Positions 9,403 through 19,559 of a stretch of DNA of 64,000 bases are shown piece by piece. Source of the DNA: Planctomycetota bacterium (GTDB lineage Bacteria; Planctomycetota; UBA8108; SXIK01); assembly GCA_965223845.1 (NCBI GenBank), contig CBDCXR010000004.1, positions 288,001 through 352,000 on the forward strand, read 5' to 3'. The position numbers were made by a program, and so were the translations under genes. The notes under the pieces are model-generated. The model was not told the origin of the DNA. It was given only the letters and a program-made list of their open reading frames with translations, and made no database searches. Every line of letters begins with the position of its first letter. Within the stretch, counting starts at the first letter, position 1.

Positions 9403-11067
9403 GCGGGAGCAACGTTCGACGAGTCGGCCGCGCGCTGGGCACCGTCGCTTCGAGCAGGGGTCGCTCGCGCGGAAGTCGCCGCCGCGGCGGCCGAGTTCGC
9501 GGGGGCGGCCGATTGGCAGTCGCTCTCCCCGCTTCGCATCGCGAAGTTAGCGCGATTCCTCGAAGACGACTCGGTCGATCGACACCGATTCTCACTTCGC
9601 TGGACGGCAGATCTCACCGCGCCGGTCTCGGACGACTTCGTGTTCTCGATCGAGCGACGGGGAGGAACGGCGCGCGTCTGGATCGGGGGAACACTGGTTC
9701 TGGATTCAGCGGACGAAGCGGATCCGACGGGCGAAGGCGGCCCAGACATCTCCGAAGAGAGCGCTCCGGTCACACTGACCGCGGGCACGGCGATCCCGCT
9801 TCGCGTCGAGTATGTCTTCGATGCCGACATCGCCCGGGCGGAGAGCGAGGATCTCGAGTGGCAGAAGGAGCTCGAGCACGGCTGGTGCCACCTCTTCCTC
9901 CGGTGGCGAGGAAGCACCGGTGAGGCCGCAGTTGTCGCCGGGGATGTTCTTTCCGCGGCGGGAGAGTCCGGCGCGGTCCGTAGTTGCTACGGGAACCTCG
10001 AGCTCGAGGGCGATGCGGCGACGAGCCGGGCGAGCGAGATCGGGTTCCTCCTCGGGGGCGGCGCACCCGAATCGGCGCGGCGTCCACTCCAGCGGCAAAT
10101 GGCCGAGCGCGCACTCGCTCGAGCCGAGAGCGCGGAGTTCCTTGCGAGCGACGACCTCTCCGATCTCTTCTGGCTCTCGCGCGAGGCCGCGGAGTACACG
10201 ACGGTCTCGGAGAAGGCGTCGATCCTGAAGACACTCGCGCGCAATCCCGGCGCAATGGCGGATATCCCAGCCGGCGAGATCGACCACCTGCTCAACGCTC
10301 ACCGGTACATGCTCGGTGCGGAGACAACGGACGTGGTGGCGCAGTGGTGCACGCTCGATCCTGCGGTGGGAATCGAGTTCGGCATCTATCCGAGTTGGTC
10401 GCTCGAGCAGCCGAGCTACCTTCACCAGAACTTCGGTGGCTACTGGCACATGGCGCCGAAGCTCACGGGTGACGACGAGCTGAACCAAATCGTCGCCGCG
10501 ACGGAAGAGCCGGACGGAAGCTGCAATCTCAGGGCTGCGCGAATCGCGGCCTTCGCCCATCGCGCCGGCGATCGATTGACCGGCTGGACGCAGTACCTCG
10601 ACGGAGTTCTCGCGCGTGAGGGGCTGAGCGGAAACACGCGCGTGAGTTGGCTCCTCGCGCGAGCGTACGCAGAAGAGCTCGCCGAGCGAGAGACGCCGAT
10701 CGTGCTGGCGGGCCGAACGTGGCTCGAGGAAGCCCTCGAAAACGCGGAATCGGAACCGGTGAAGGTGCGCGTGATCGGCGAGATCACAGCGAGAGAAGCT
10801 GCCCTGGGGCGTGGGGATGCCGCGCGGGCGCTGCTGGACGAGCACGCGCAGTCGGTGTCGGCCGAATCGCGCGGGCGATTCGCGAGCTGGCGAGGACGGG
10901 TCGAAGGGATCGAAGCCTACTACGCGGCGCAGGTGAAGCGGCAGGAGCGGGAGCAGCGCGAGGCGTACGTCGCGGAGCTCGAAGATCGGCTCGCTCGGGC
11001 CGAGCGGGATGGGGATCCCGTGCGGATCGAGCGGTATCGGCGTCGGCTTGAGGGGGTGGGGCGATGA
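9403..11067 (+). pseudogene. PA14-domain/helical-repeat protein, 5' truncated
   Basis: The frame of ORF 9640-11067 is open back to 9361 and reads FSLRWTADLTAPVSDDFVFS...RVWIGGTLVLD...VTLTAGTAIPLRVEY (PA14-like). No credible start before the integrase junction. Confidence 0.7.
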
Positions 11068-14000
11068 GAGCGGTGACGAGATTCGAGCGGGTGGTGGCGA
11101 GCTGCGAGATTCGGCTTCGAAATGAAGGCACGTGTGAGGGACCGAGCGAGATGAACCTAAGGAAGACGAGTTCTGCGGGGCGGGGGAGTTGCCGGGCTCG
11201 AAAGTGCGTGGCGTGGTTCGGTGTTGGGTTGATCGTGTTTGTCGTGGTCGCTCCGATGGCGAGGGCGAGTACGACGCTCGAGGGCAATCAGTTTCCGTTC
11301 TGTGCTCCCGTGTGCGGCTCGTGTGACGAGTGCGAAGATTCGACCGAAGACTGCGCCGGAGGGGTCGCTGGACCGGAAGCCACACCGGCTCCGATTTTCC
11401 TCTACCGCGGGTCTGCGATCGAGAAGGTCACCGACCTCGCCATGGGAGATGTCGCGATCCCGTGGTCGCACACGCGTACCTACGACAGTCTCCTCGCGGC
11501 CACCTCTGGCAGTTATCCCGCGCCAAACGGAGAAAAGTGGTTCATGGGTCTATCGCAAACCTACATCAACCAGGAAAGCGGTGACATCGTTCTTTACGAA
11601 AGTGCATCCAACAAACACGTATTCGCATCTAACGGTTCCGGTTGGGATGCTCCAGCGTACCTAAACGCCACCATCGTAAAAAGCGGATCGGGAACGTCGG
11701 AAATCTACACGGTCACATATCCTTCAAGCGGAAAGGTTCTAATCTTTCACGGATTCTCATCGAGTCCGTCCATTTTGAATGGAAAACTGAAAGAGCGGAC
11801 AAGTCAGAATCTCCAAGCGGCGAGTGAGGACGGTCATACCTACACGTACCACACGGCAAGTTCGAGCGATCCGTATTATGGAAACGTAAAACAGGTCATG
11901 CTGACCAGTGGGCTAAAAGTGGCGTACACATATCTCAGTTCCGGATCAGAGGCGGGGTTTCTTGACAAGGTCGAAGTCAAGGATCCAACCAACACCGACG
12001 TGATTAAGAAGGTCGAGTACACTTACTTCTCTGAGGTGGGCAGCGCCCACTCCGATGTTGGATCGACTGGAGACCTGGTGCAGGTGAAAACGTCGCATCT
12101 GGCCTCGGACGAGACCACCTGGATTTCAAGATACACGCAGTACCGATACTACAAAAGCACGTCGTCCGACGGGGACGTCCATCAGCTAAAGGCGGTCTAC
12201 GACTCGGGAGCGATCGAGCGAATCATCGACTCGAATTCGAACATCTCGAATGCCGACGCCATTCTTGGTAAGGCGGACACGTACTCGACGGGCGGGCCGG
12301 CCGCGATTTCCGCGTACGCGATCAGAAGCTTTACCTACTACACGTCGAATCTAAGCACGAGTTCGTCGGTGACGACTCCGTGGGGTTCGCATAATCTAAA
12401 TACTAGGTACGAAGCGAGCGATCTGGCGGAGGACGGGTTCGTAAAGACGGAAGCTATCGGAGCCGGCTGCGGTAGCTGCGGTGCGGCTGAAGGTGGAACC
12501 ACGCGAACCTACTTCTACCTTGAGAACAACACGCTCTCTGGCATCCATCGGGTCCGACGAATCGTAGTCGAAGACGTGGAGGACGGGGCGTCAACGCCAA
12601 CTGCGGTGTACCGAAGAATCTACGGACTAAACGAAAAAGGAGTCGCGTTAAGGAAGGCGTTCATAGAAGACCCTGACACCGACGAAAACGACCCCTCAGA
12701 AGTACTCACGGCGTGGTGCCAGTCAATAACCGTCGGGACGTCCACTTCGTCTCCGAACGACTATGCGCGCGTGCTTGAGGCGCGATCGCCGTCAGCGCAT
12801 GTACTTGTCAATACCGAACTTGATCTTAGAGACTTCTTCGATCCTTCAGACACGGGAAACGACTCCGCGACACTCGAAGGAAGCGCCGGAGTCATTTATG
12901 TATATGAGTACAACTCGGACGGCTACCGAACAGGATCGCGAGTCAAGAAAGGGAGTTCCGGAACGTCTCACTACGTAGATGCTGTCGATTGGGGAGACGG
13001 GACCAACGATAAGCCAGAACATTTGACGGTGGCAACATACGCATACCACACGCGCACGACCACCAGGTCTGGAGGCGAAAAGACGTCGTTTGTGTATACG
13101 TTTTGGGATGCCGGCGACTCTGCTATTAAGACGGTCGAAACGACGCTTCCAGTGGTCCCGACTACGAGAAAAGGGTCCGGAGTCGCGACAAAGATGAGTC
13201 GCTACTACGACGATAGAGGGAGGCTTCGGTGGACGCGGGATGGAGAAGATCGAGTTTCCTACCGGTCTTATCACCCGGATAATGGTCGGCTGGCGTACGA
13301 AATGAGAGACGTCAACGCGGACGACACTCTTCCTTCCGAAATTCAGAACGGACTTAGCGGAAAGTTCGATGGATGGGGGAGTGCTGACGCTCCGACGGGT
13401 TTTGATCCCGTCACGTCGGACAATCTCGAGCTGGTCACGAAGACGGAATACGATGATCTTGGCCGGACTGAAAAGACCGTCCGACCGGGAGGATCAGAAC
13501 ACTACACGATTTATAACGATGGTGAAGTGATCAGCGTGCCGTATTGGAGATCGACGGTTTCGGAGCGACTGTCCGCGGCAACAGTGCGTCGATCGGATCA
13601 CGGCGGTGATCGTACAGAGGTGTTTTCCGTGCCTCCAGCGGAGATAACAAGCTCCGGCGGAGTTCCGACTGGGCTCAGCGCAGGACAAGACGACTATCTA
13701 TCCTGGATTCGCTGGACTCACGACGACGTCACCGGGCGGGAAGAGTACGTGGACCGGTACCACCTCATTCCCGCGACCGGTGATGGTTCCGTTTCGACCA
13801 ATTTCTACCGTACGGTTCGACAATACGACGACTTGGGTCGCGAGCAGTATCTAATCCAAGTCGTAAGCGGAGAACTCACGACCGGTGTGGAGCAGGTAAC
13901 AAAGACGACGTACGATGTCCTAGGGCGCGTCACCAAGGTAGAAAGAGGAGTTAGTGCCAGCGGATCGGGCAACTCTATGGGATCGGATTACAGCTCGAAG

Positions 14001-17000
14001 CCGACTCTGGCGATCGTCTCTGAAACCGAGTTCGATGGTGGAAACGTGGGCGATGGACACATTTCGAAAGTAGTTTCCTACCATGGAACGGATACCGCCG
14101 AAGACAAAACATGGGTCGAGTTCCACCGGACTTTTCGCGGTCACTTGAGAGGCGAGGAACGTTACCATCGTGAAAACTCTACGGACACGACCGTCGCTCC
14201 ACACCTTGTCCACGACATTGATTGGAAGGGCGCGATCACCGCGACCGCAACGTTCAAAGCGAACCCGTCCTGGTCGACGATTTTGTCGGGTGACGACGGT
14301 TACGACGACTACGCCGACTACTCCGGCGTGCGAACAAACCGAGTCTCGCTGGTTGCCGTCTTTCGAGACGACTTGCATCGTGTCTATCGGAAGCGAGTTT
14401 ACGAGGTGGATTCTTCTGGAGATCGGGGGAGCTCGGTTCGAAACGACATCTACTACGACCGAAACTCCCGAGTCGCGATCGAGCACGAGTACAATGGGAG
14501 CAGTGTAGAGCACGCCTACGACGGAGTGGGAAGGCGGTACCAGACTCGAACCGTAGCGGATTCGACCGGAACTGGGTACAACACCACAACGGGCGCTGTT
14601 GACTACCACTCGCCGGAACCGAAAGCAGATCTTTCGGACATGACCGGCGGGGATGACAAGATCGTCGAGATCGTGCACCGAGAGTTTGACGACGCTGGAA
14701 ACGTCACCGGTGTTCACCGGTTCGAGATGAACCACGACGACTCGACGGCCGGAGTGGATTTCACCGCAGACGACGACTACGTGCGAACTACGGAGTACTT
14801 CTGGTACGACCGAGCCGATCGGCGCACGACGGCTGCGAGCTACGGATCGGGCGGGTCGACCTGGGACTACCACGCCGTGCCGACTCGTGGAACGGCTCCG
14901 ACGGCGAGCAGCGCTACCGTTTTGGTCAGCGAGTTTTCCTACACGCTGGAAGGCCAGTTGGAATCGGTTACCGATGCGGAGGACACCGTTACGTCTTATC
15001 TGTACGACGACCTTGGGCGAGCTACGCAGGAAGAGCGAGACGACGATGGAACGGACGAGGTGATTCTGGAGATCGCGTACGACGGCCTCGATAATGTCGT
15101 CGAGCGGGAAGATGGCGCGAACAACGCGACCACGTATCTCTTTGAGGATGTCTACGATGCGGCCAGAGTCACGAACGTAATCCATCCGGACTCGACGGAT
15201 ACCACGTCAGCGGGCACGGACCAGGAGAAGCTTACATACAATCTTGATGGCACAGTCAAGGACAGGACGGACCAGCGAGGAGTCAAGCTCGAGTTCGAAT
15301 ACAACGGGCAACGACGAGTAGAACTTCAAAAAGCGACGATTCCGTCTGGAAGCGACGTAGACGATGCGGTGAAATCTCTCAAGTACGAGTACGATGGTAT
15401 CGGACGTCTCGAAACCTCAAGCTCGTACCAGAGCGCGGATGGAACCGGGACACCGCTTAACCAAGTGAAATTTGAATACAACGACCTTGGACAACTGTCG
15501 AAGTCGTACCAAGAACACGACGGCAACGTCTACACTTCGACGAGTCCCGTGGTGGAATACTCATACGCCGCACTCTCGGACAGGGCCCGCCTTGCGCACG
15601 TTAAGTATCCTGCCGGTCGAGAGATCCACCTCGATTACGGCGGATCCAATTCTGTGACTGACCGTTTGCATCGGTTCCGGGGGTTTGAGTCGGATACGGG
15701 AACCGAGTACGTCACGTATGAGTACAATGGGCTGCGTCGGCTCGTTGAGGCAGATTACGTTGGTCCCGGAGTTTCCCTCGACTACGACCATGGCTCTGCG
15801 GATGAGTACGAGGGATTCGATCGTTTCGGTCGCGTCGTAGATCACTATTGGAAGGGTACGACAGACATCGACCGCTTTCGGTACGATTACGACTACGCGG
15901 GAAATCCGAATTATCGAGATATCGATCTGCCTACGTCTGTCTTCTCGGCAGACGATAAGGATCAAGATTTCGAATACGACGCGCTCCATCGCTTGACGTC
16001 GTACGATCGCGGCACATTGTCTGGTTCGTCGATCGGCTCGCCGAACTTTGCGCAGGACTGGACGCTCGACGATCTCGGAAACTGGGATCCGTTCAAGTGG
16101 GATCCCGACGGGAGTGGTGCCGCTTCGCTGATAACTCAGAGCCGGGACCACAACGACGCGAACGAAATCGATACCACGAACGACCATTCGGATGCGGCCG
16201 GGAACAGCATCAGCGGAACCGGGGCCGATTGGGTGGATCCTGTGTATGATGCGTCCGGGAATTTGGTCGAGGGGCCGCGGGCGGGCGACGAAACTACACG
16301 AAACACGTATGTGTACGACGCGTGGAATCGATTGGTCGAAGTAAAAGACGGATCGACGACTCTCGCGGAGTACGAGCACGACGCGCTCTTTCGGCGAATT
16401 GCGAGCGAGGATCAGGGATCAAGCGGAAATCCGACGAAGCACTATTTCTACAACGCCGCGTGGCAGGTTGTTGAAGTACGGCTTGAGACTTCATCGGTGA
16501 TCGATCCGGATCCTCTCGAGCAGTTTGTTTGGCATCCGTATTATATCGACGCGGCTGCGGTGCGTTTTTACGACTCTGATGTGAACGGTAGTTCGGTTAC
16601 TCACTACTACACGAACGACACGAACGCGAACGTTACGGCGCTCGTGAACTCTAGCGGGAGCGCCATCGAGCGGTACGAGTACGAGCCGTATGGGCAGGTG
16701 ACGGTCCTAGATGCTGATTTCACTGACGATTCTGACTCTCCGGTTGGGGAGACGGACTACGACAACTTTGTGTTGTACACTGGTCAGTGGTGGGATGGGG
16801 AGCTTGCGGGGTATTGGTATCGGTTTCGGAATTATGCTCCGACGCTTGGGCGGTTTCTGCAGCGGGATCCGATTGGGGTTTGGGGGGATGGTGGGGCTTT
16901 GGGGAATGGGTATTCTTATGTTGGGGGGCGGGCGACCAGTTTTCGGGACCCTTCGGGCGCAGAGGGAGATCCAAGCTCTGTGACTATTAGCGGTGAGGTT

Positions 17001-17612
17001 GTGTTCAAGAAGAGATTCTCGATCAAATTCGAGACAACGGTTCGGTGTGAAGGTCCCAAAGTGATCCACAGCGGTGTTGACCAAGCGTACCAAGTAGATT
17101 TCGACACTTCGGACGGCGGGATGGAGCGGTCGTGGGTCGAGTCGGATATAGATTGCGGAGAGGGGCATCCTCCAGGAATTATCATACATTTTGTAGGGTC
17201 CCGTTACGACGGGTACGAGGGATACATCGAAAAGTTCGGGATACCTGGTGCGGCCGTGGGGGCGGTTGCCTATGGCGCTCCAGTGCTGTTTAGTGGAGCT
17301 GGCGCCGCAGCGACTGGCGAGGCCGCTGCGAAGGGTTCCGCCATCGTAGGCGCGATTACTTCAGTGTTTGGGGCTTTGGTTACCATGGCTTTCGATGAAT
17401 CGTGGGAGTTGAGCTGGCGTATGCAATGGTCTGTGTGTTGTAAGTGTATAACACAAGGTCCTACGCAGGACGGGGGTGATTTAGATGACGTGTGGTGGCC
17501 GGTCGTTAAGTATATGAAAGATGAGCCCGCTCATCAATTTTCGGTGGGTAACGAACCTGCATTCAATCGTGGGGCGAACCCAAGAAACGTGACATCAACC
17601 CACAGTCCGTGA
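11064..17612 (+). CDS. Rhs/YD-repeat polymorphic toxin with signal-peptide-like N-terminus (start 11064 or 11151)
   Basis: Many YD repeats; Rhs core LYTGQWWDGELAGYWYRFRNYAPTLGRFLQRDPIG...YSYVGG...DPSG (16947-16958), then a ~215-aa tip. Confidence 0.93.
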   Translation: MRAVTRFERVVASCEIRLRNEGTCEGPSEMNLRKTSSAGRGSCRARKCVAWFGVGLIVFVVVAPMARASTTLEGNQFPFCAPVCGSCDECEDSTEDCAGGVAGPEATPAPIFLYRGSAIEKVTDLAMGDVAIPWSHTRTYDSLLAATSGSYPAPNGEKWFMGLSQTYINQESGDIVLYESASNKHVFASNGSGWDAPAYLNATIVKSGSGTSEIYTVTYPSSGKVLIFHGFSSSPSILNGKLKERTSQNLQAASEDGHTYTYHTASSSDPYYGNVKQVMLTSGLKVAYTYLSSGSEAGFLDKVEVKDPTNTDVIKKVEYTYFSEVGSAHSDVGSTGDLVQVKTSHLASDETTWISRYTQYRYYKSTSSDGDVHQLKAVYDSGAIERIIDSNSNISNADAILGKADTYSTGGPAAISAYAIRSFTYYTSNLSTSSSVTTPWGSHNLNTRYEASDLAEDGFVKTEAIGAGCGSCGAAEGGTTRTYFYLENNTLSGIHRVRRIVVEDVEDGASTPTAVYRRIYGLNEKGVALRKAFIEDPDTDENDPSEVLTAWCQSITVGTSTSSPNDYARVLEARSPSAHVLVNTELDLRDFFDPSDTGNDSATLEGSAGVIYVYEYNSDGYRTGSRVKKGSSGTSHYVDAVDWGDGTNDKPEHLTVATYAYHTRTTTRSGGEKTSFVYTFWDAGDSAIKTVETTLPVVPTTRKGSGVATKMSRYYDDRGRLRWTRDGEDRVSYRSYHPDNGRLAYEMRDVNADDTLPSEIQNGLSGKFDGWGSADAPTGFDPVTSDNLELVTKTEYDDLGRTEKTVRPGGSEHYTIYNDGEVISVPYWRSTVSERLSAATVRRSDHGGDRTEVFSVPPAEITSSGGVPTGLSAGQDDYLSWIRWTHDDVTGREEYVDRYHLIPATGDGSVSTNFYRTVRQYDDLGREQYLIQVVSGELTTGVEQVTKTTYDVLGRVTKVERGVSASGSGNSMGSDYSSKPTLAIVSETEFDGGNVGDGHISKVVSYHGTDTAEDKTWVEFHRTFRGHLRGEERYHRENSTDTTVAPHLVHDIDWKGAITATATFKANPSWSTILSGDDGYDDYADYSGVRTNRVSLVAVFRDDLHRVYRKRVYEVDSSGDRGSSVRNDIYYDRNSRVAIEHEYNGSSVEHAYDGVGRRYQTRTVADSTGTGYNTTTGAVDYHSPEPKADLSDMTGGDDKIVEIVHREFDDAGNVTGVHRFEMNHDDSTAGVDFTADDDYVRTTEYFWYDRADRRTTAASYGSGGSTWDYHAVPTRGTAPTASSATVLVSEFSYTLEGQLESVTDAEDTVTSYLYDDLGRATQEERDDDGTDEVILEIAYDGLDNVVEREDGANNATTYLFEDVYDAARVTNVIHPDSTDTTSAGTDQEKLTYNLDGTVKDRTDQRGVKLEFEYNGQRRVELQKATIPSGSDVDDAVKSLKYEYDGIGRLETSSSYQSADGTGTPLNQVKFEYNDLGQLSKSYQEHDGNVYTSTSPVVEYSYAALSDRARLAHVKYPAGREIHLDYGGSNSVTDRLHRFRGFESDTGTEYVTYEYNGLRRLVEADYVGPGVSLDYDHGSADEYEGFDRFGRVVDHYWKGTTDIDRFRYDYDYAGNPNYRDIDLPTSVFSADDKDQDFEYDALHRLTSYDRGTLSGSSIGSPNFAQDWTLDDLGNWDPFKWDPDGSGAASLITQSRDHNDANEIDTTNDHSDAAGNSISGTGADWVDPVYDASGNLVEGPRAGDETTRNTYVYDAWNRLVEVKDGSTTLAEYEHDALFRRIASEDQGSSGNPTKHYFYNAAWQVVEVRLETSSVIDPDPLEQFVWHPYYIDAAAVRFYDSDVNGSSVTHYYTNDTNANVTALVNSSGSAIERYEYEPYGQVTVLDADFTDDSDSPVGETDYDNFVLYTGQWWDGELAGYWYRFRNYAPTLGRFLQRDPIGVWGDGGALGNGYSYVGGRATSFRDPSGAEGDPSSVTISGEVVFKKRFSIKFETTVRCEGPKVIHSGVDQAYQVDFDTSDGGMERSWVESDIDCGEGHPPGIIIHFVGSRYDGYEGYIEKFGIPGAAVGAVAYGAPVLFSGAGAAATGEAAAKGSAIVGAITSVFGALVTMAFDESWELSWRMQWSVCCKCITQGPTQDGGDLDDVWWPVVKYMKDEPAHQFSVGNEPAFNRGANPRNVTSTHSP

Positions 17613-17739
17613 CTTGCTTGGAGAGTTGCGGTGGATTTTTGCCTCGTGACTTTGTGAGGCACGGAAAAAAGGCTTGCCTTGGCGGGCCGACTTTGCGGGC
17701 GGTGACGTGCACTCAGTGCGTTCGGAATCCTTGTGATTT

Positions 17740-18315
17740 ATGAGAATGGAGGGATCGGTTTTGAATGGTGTGCGAGAGAGATATTTTAAGCGAGATGTAT
17801 CGTGTCGGTGTAGCCGGAGGTTCGGGCGAGGGAGAGTTTTTGTAGTTTTTGCGTTCGCGTTTTGGTCGGCGATGCAGTTTTCTGGCTGTGGTGATGCCAC
17901 GGGGGCTCGAGCTGTGGGCGTCACAGAATTTAACGGTCGTTCGGTTTTCTATGCCTTTTCCGGAGGGTGTTGGAAGTTTCTGGTCATAGTGGATGCAGTT
18001 CCAAGGTTTTCGTATCCGGTCACGCGGGAGTCGGACCGCTCGCGAACGTTTTTGAACTATGGTTATTCGGAAAGTGAGTTTCGGATTACCATCGAATCTA
18101 TAGGTGATCGTGTTGTTGTGAATGGATCAGAGTTTCAAGGGGCCGAGGGAGTAGTCTTTGCAGTTTCGAATGAATCCGGGAAGATAGAGCAGGTGTCTGT
18201 TCGCGCGGACGAGATCGACAGTTGGAGGGCGCCGGAGGCGATCGGTCCAGCTGTGCGTGCGCGCGTGCAAGCGCTATCGAGGGAGGGGGGTGCGTTGGCG
18301 GATGCTCTTCGGTAG
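17740..18315 (+). CDS. Candidate immunity lipoprotein for the Rhs toxin
   Basis: Directly downstream of Rhs, low GC, hydrophobic stretch ending in FSGC lipobox; start uncertain. Confidence 0.6.
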   Translation: MRMEGSVLNGVRERYFKRDVSCRCSRRFGRGRVFVVFAFAFWSAMQFSGCGDATGARAVGVTEFNGRSVFYAFSGGCWKFLVIVDAVPRFSYPVTRESDRSRTFLNYGYSESEFRITIESIGDRVVVNGSEFQGAEGVVFAVSNESGKIEQVSVRADEIDSWRAPEAIGPAVRARVQALSREGGALADALR

Positions 18316-18330
18316 AGGGAGCCCTTCACA

Positions 18331-18452
18331 AGAGCCCCGGAACCCGGTGTCCGTCCGCGCCCCCTCCCCGCGCCCCCGCGCGCGCCCGCCCCGCCCGCCC
18401 CCGGAACCCGGTGCCCGTGAGGACTAACCGGGTTCAACTGGAAATGCGTACG
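18331..18452. repeat. REP-like (GAG)CCCCGGAACCCGGTG repeats and hairpin, set 1
   Basis: Copies at 18331-18357 and ~18399-18418; perfect 9-bp inverted repeat GAACCCGGT (18404-18412)/ACCGGGTTC (18427-18435). Confidence 0.8.
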
Positions 18453-18647
18453 CATAAATAGTTATCTTGGCAAGGGCGAGACGCTCCTCCGTCGCCTCAA
18501 TTGCGCCGGAGCACGACCGAATCAACACAAGTTCACAGCGGACGCCAAGTTCTCAATCGAGAACCGACTTGCTGAAGCGAGTCCTTCCCCACCCAGCCGC
18601 CGGATCTTGGCGCACTCGGAGGCCCGAACGAGCTTGTTCGGTGGCCG

Positions 18648-19095
18648 CTACGGAGCGGCTGGAACCGCCCCTGAGAGCATCGGCTCACACTTCTGCCGGT
18701 GAAACGCCCGCATCCAGTACGTCCCGGCGGGGAAGACGACGTTCTCGACACCGGCGCGATACAGCTCGAGTGCCGCTCGATAGCAGTCGCGGAACGTGAC
18801 CAGCTCCTTGAGCTCTTCGATCCTCGGTCCCGGTCGCCTCGCCTGGATGGTCGGCGACAGCTTCCACTTCTTCTCGTAGCTCTGCGGGCAGTCGGTCGGA
18901 CTTTCGCTCCGGGCCCTCTTTTCTCCGAGAAACCCCGGCCCCTCCTTTTCGATTTCGGCGCGGCACTCCGCTTCTCGCTCGGCGACTTTCTGTTCGAGCT
19001 CTCGGACGAGCTCTTCGCGATCGTGCTCGGCGAAGCAGGGAGGCGGGGTGATCTCGAGCGGAACTTCGTCCGGCATCTGATCGGAGAAGAACCAG
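18648..19095 (-). pseudogene. 3' fragment of a probable REP-associated tyrosine (HUH/Y1) transposase
   Basis: FFSDQMPDEVPLEITPPP...FRDCYRAALELYRAG.ENVVFPAGTYWMR resembles the C-terminal region of long RAYT-like transposases. The catalytic N-terminus is absent, so the call rests on motif recall. Confidence 0.65.
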
Positions 19096-19204
19096 CCGCT
19101 CTGGCAGAGAGTCTCGGAGGAGTAGACAAGCGGGACTGGCGAAATCGAGTCGACTCACGCGGGACGTTGTGGGGCGGCGAGCGCGCGATGGACTCACTCC
19201 AGGA

Positions 19205-19298
19205 TCATTCTGCGAGGGCGGCGTGGACACGTTCGGCGTTGGTTTCAGCGGCTCGAACCCAAAGCTCGAGATCTTTCGTGAATCTCGGCTCGGCATGA
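19205..19298 (-). pseudogene. Fragment of a nucleotidyltransferase-like gene
   Basis: FHAEPRFTKDLELWV...NAERVHAALAE matches the PRxTxDxD motif of small NTase-fold proteins; no start and an early stop. Confidence 0.5.
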
Positions 19299-19498
19299 AA
19301 CTCTCGAATCCGAGTCCATGTACATTCGAGATCTTCGCACACGGTGTTCGGCCAGGGAGAGTGTCCCTCGAGTGTCCCCGAACGAACCGTCGCGGGGCGT
19401 GAAACCTGGGTATTCGACTGGGAGGCGTGAGTCCGTATCTTACGTCGATTTCGCGACTTGTGTCGTTTTGCGCCGCTCCGGAGAGCCCCTCCCTCGAG

Positions 19499-19559
19499 TT
19501 TGAAAACCACTGTCCTCGCAAGGGGACCCAGGGTTCGAATCCCTGCCTCTCCGCCATAA
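19499..19559 (+). repeat. att direct repeat (3' half of tRNA-Ser) between islands 1 and 2
   Basis: Identical to 6113-6173, beginning in the anticodon loop. Confidence 0.97.

Larger units (their letters stand above)
6113..19559. mobile_element. Genomic island 1 integrated in tRNA-Ser (probably immobile)
   Basis: Bounded by an exact 61-bp direct repeat (6113-6173 = 19499-19559); contains a tyrosine integrase and lower-GC cargo. Confidence 0.92.

Noticed and set aside
8396-9595. 399-aa intact integrase as in the ORF track
   Set aside because: The first ~65 aa are the antisense of the PA14 gene frame and not integrase-like.
18358-18398. C-rich tract as a functional G-quadruplex (minus strand)
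   Set aside because: Low-complexity, interrupted G runs with no second copy; function cannot be supported.
19499-19559. Second tRNA-Ser gene
   Set aside because: It lacks the 5' acceptor strand and D arm; it is an att duplication.
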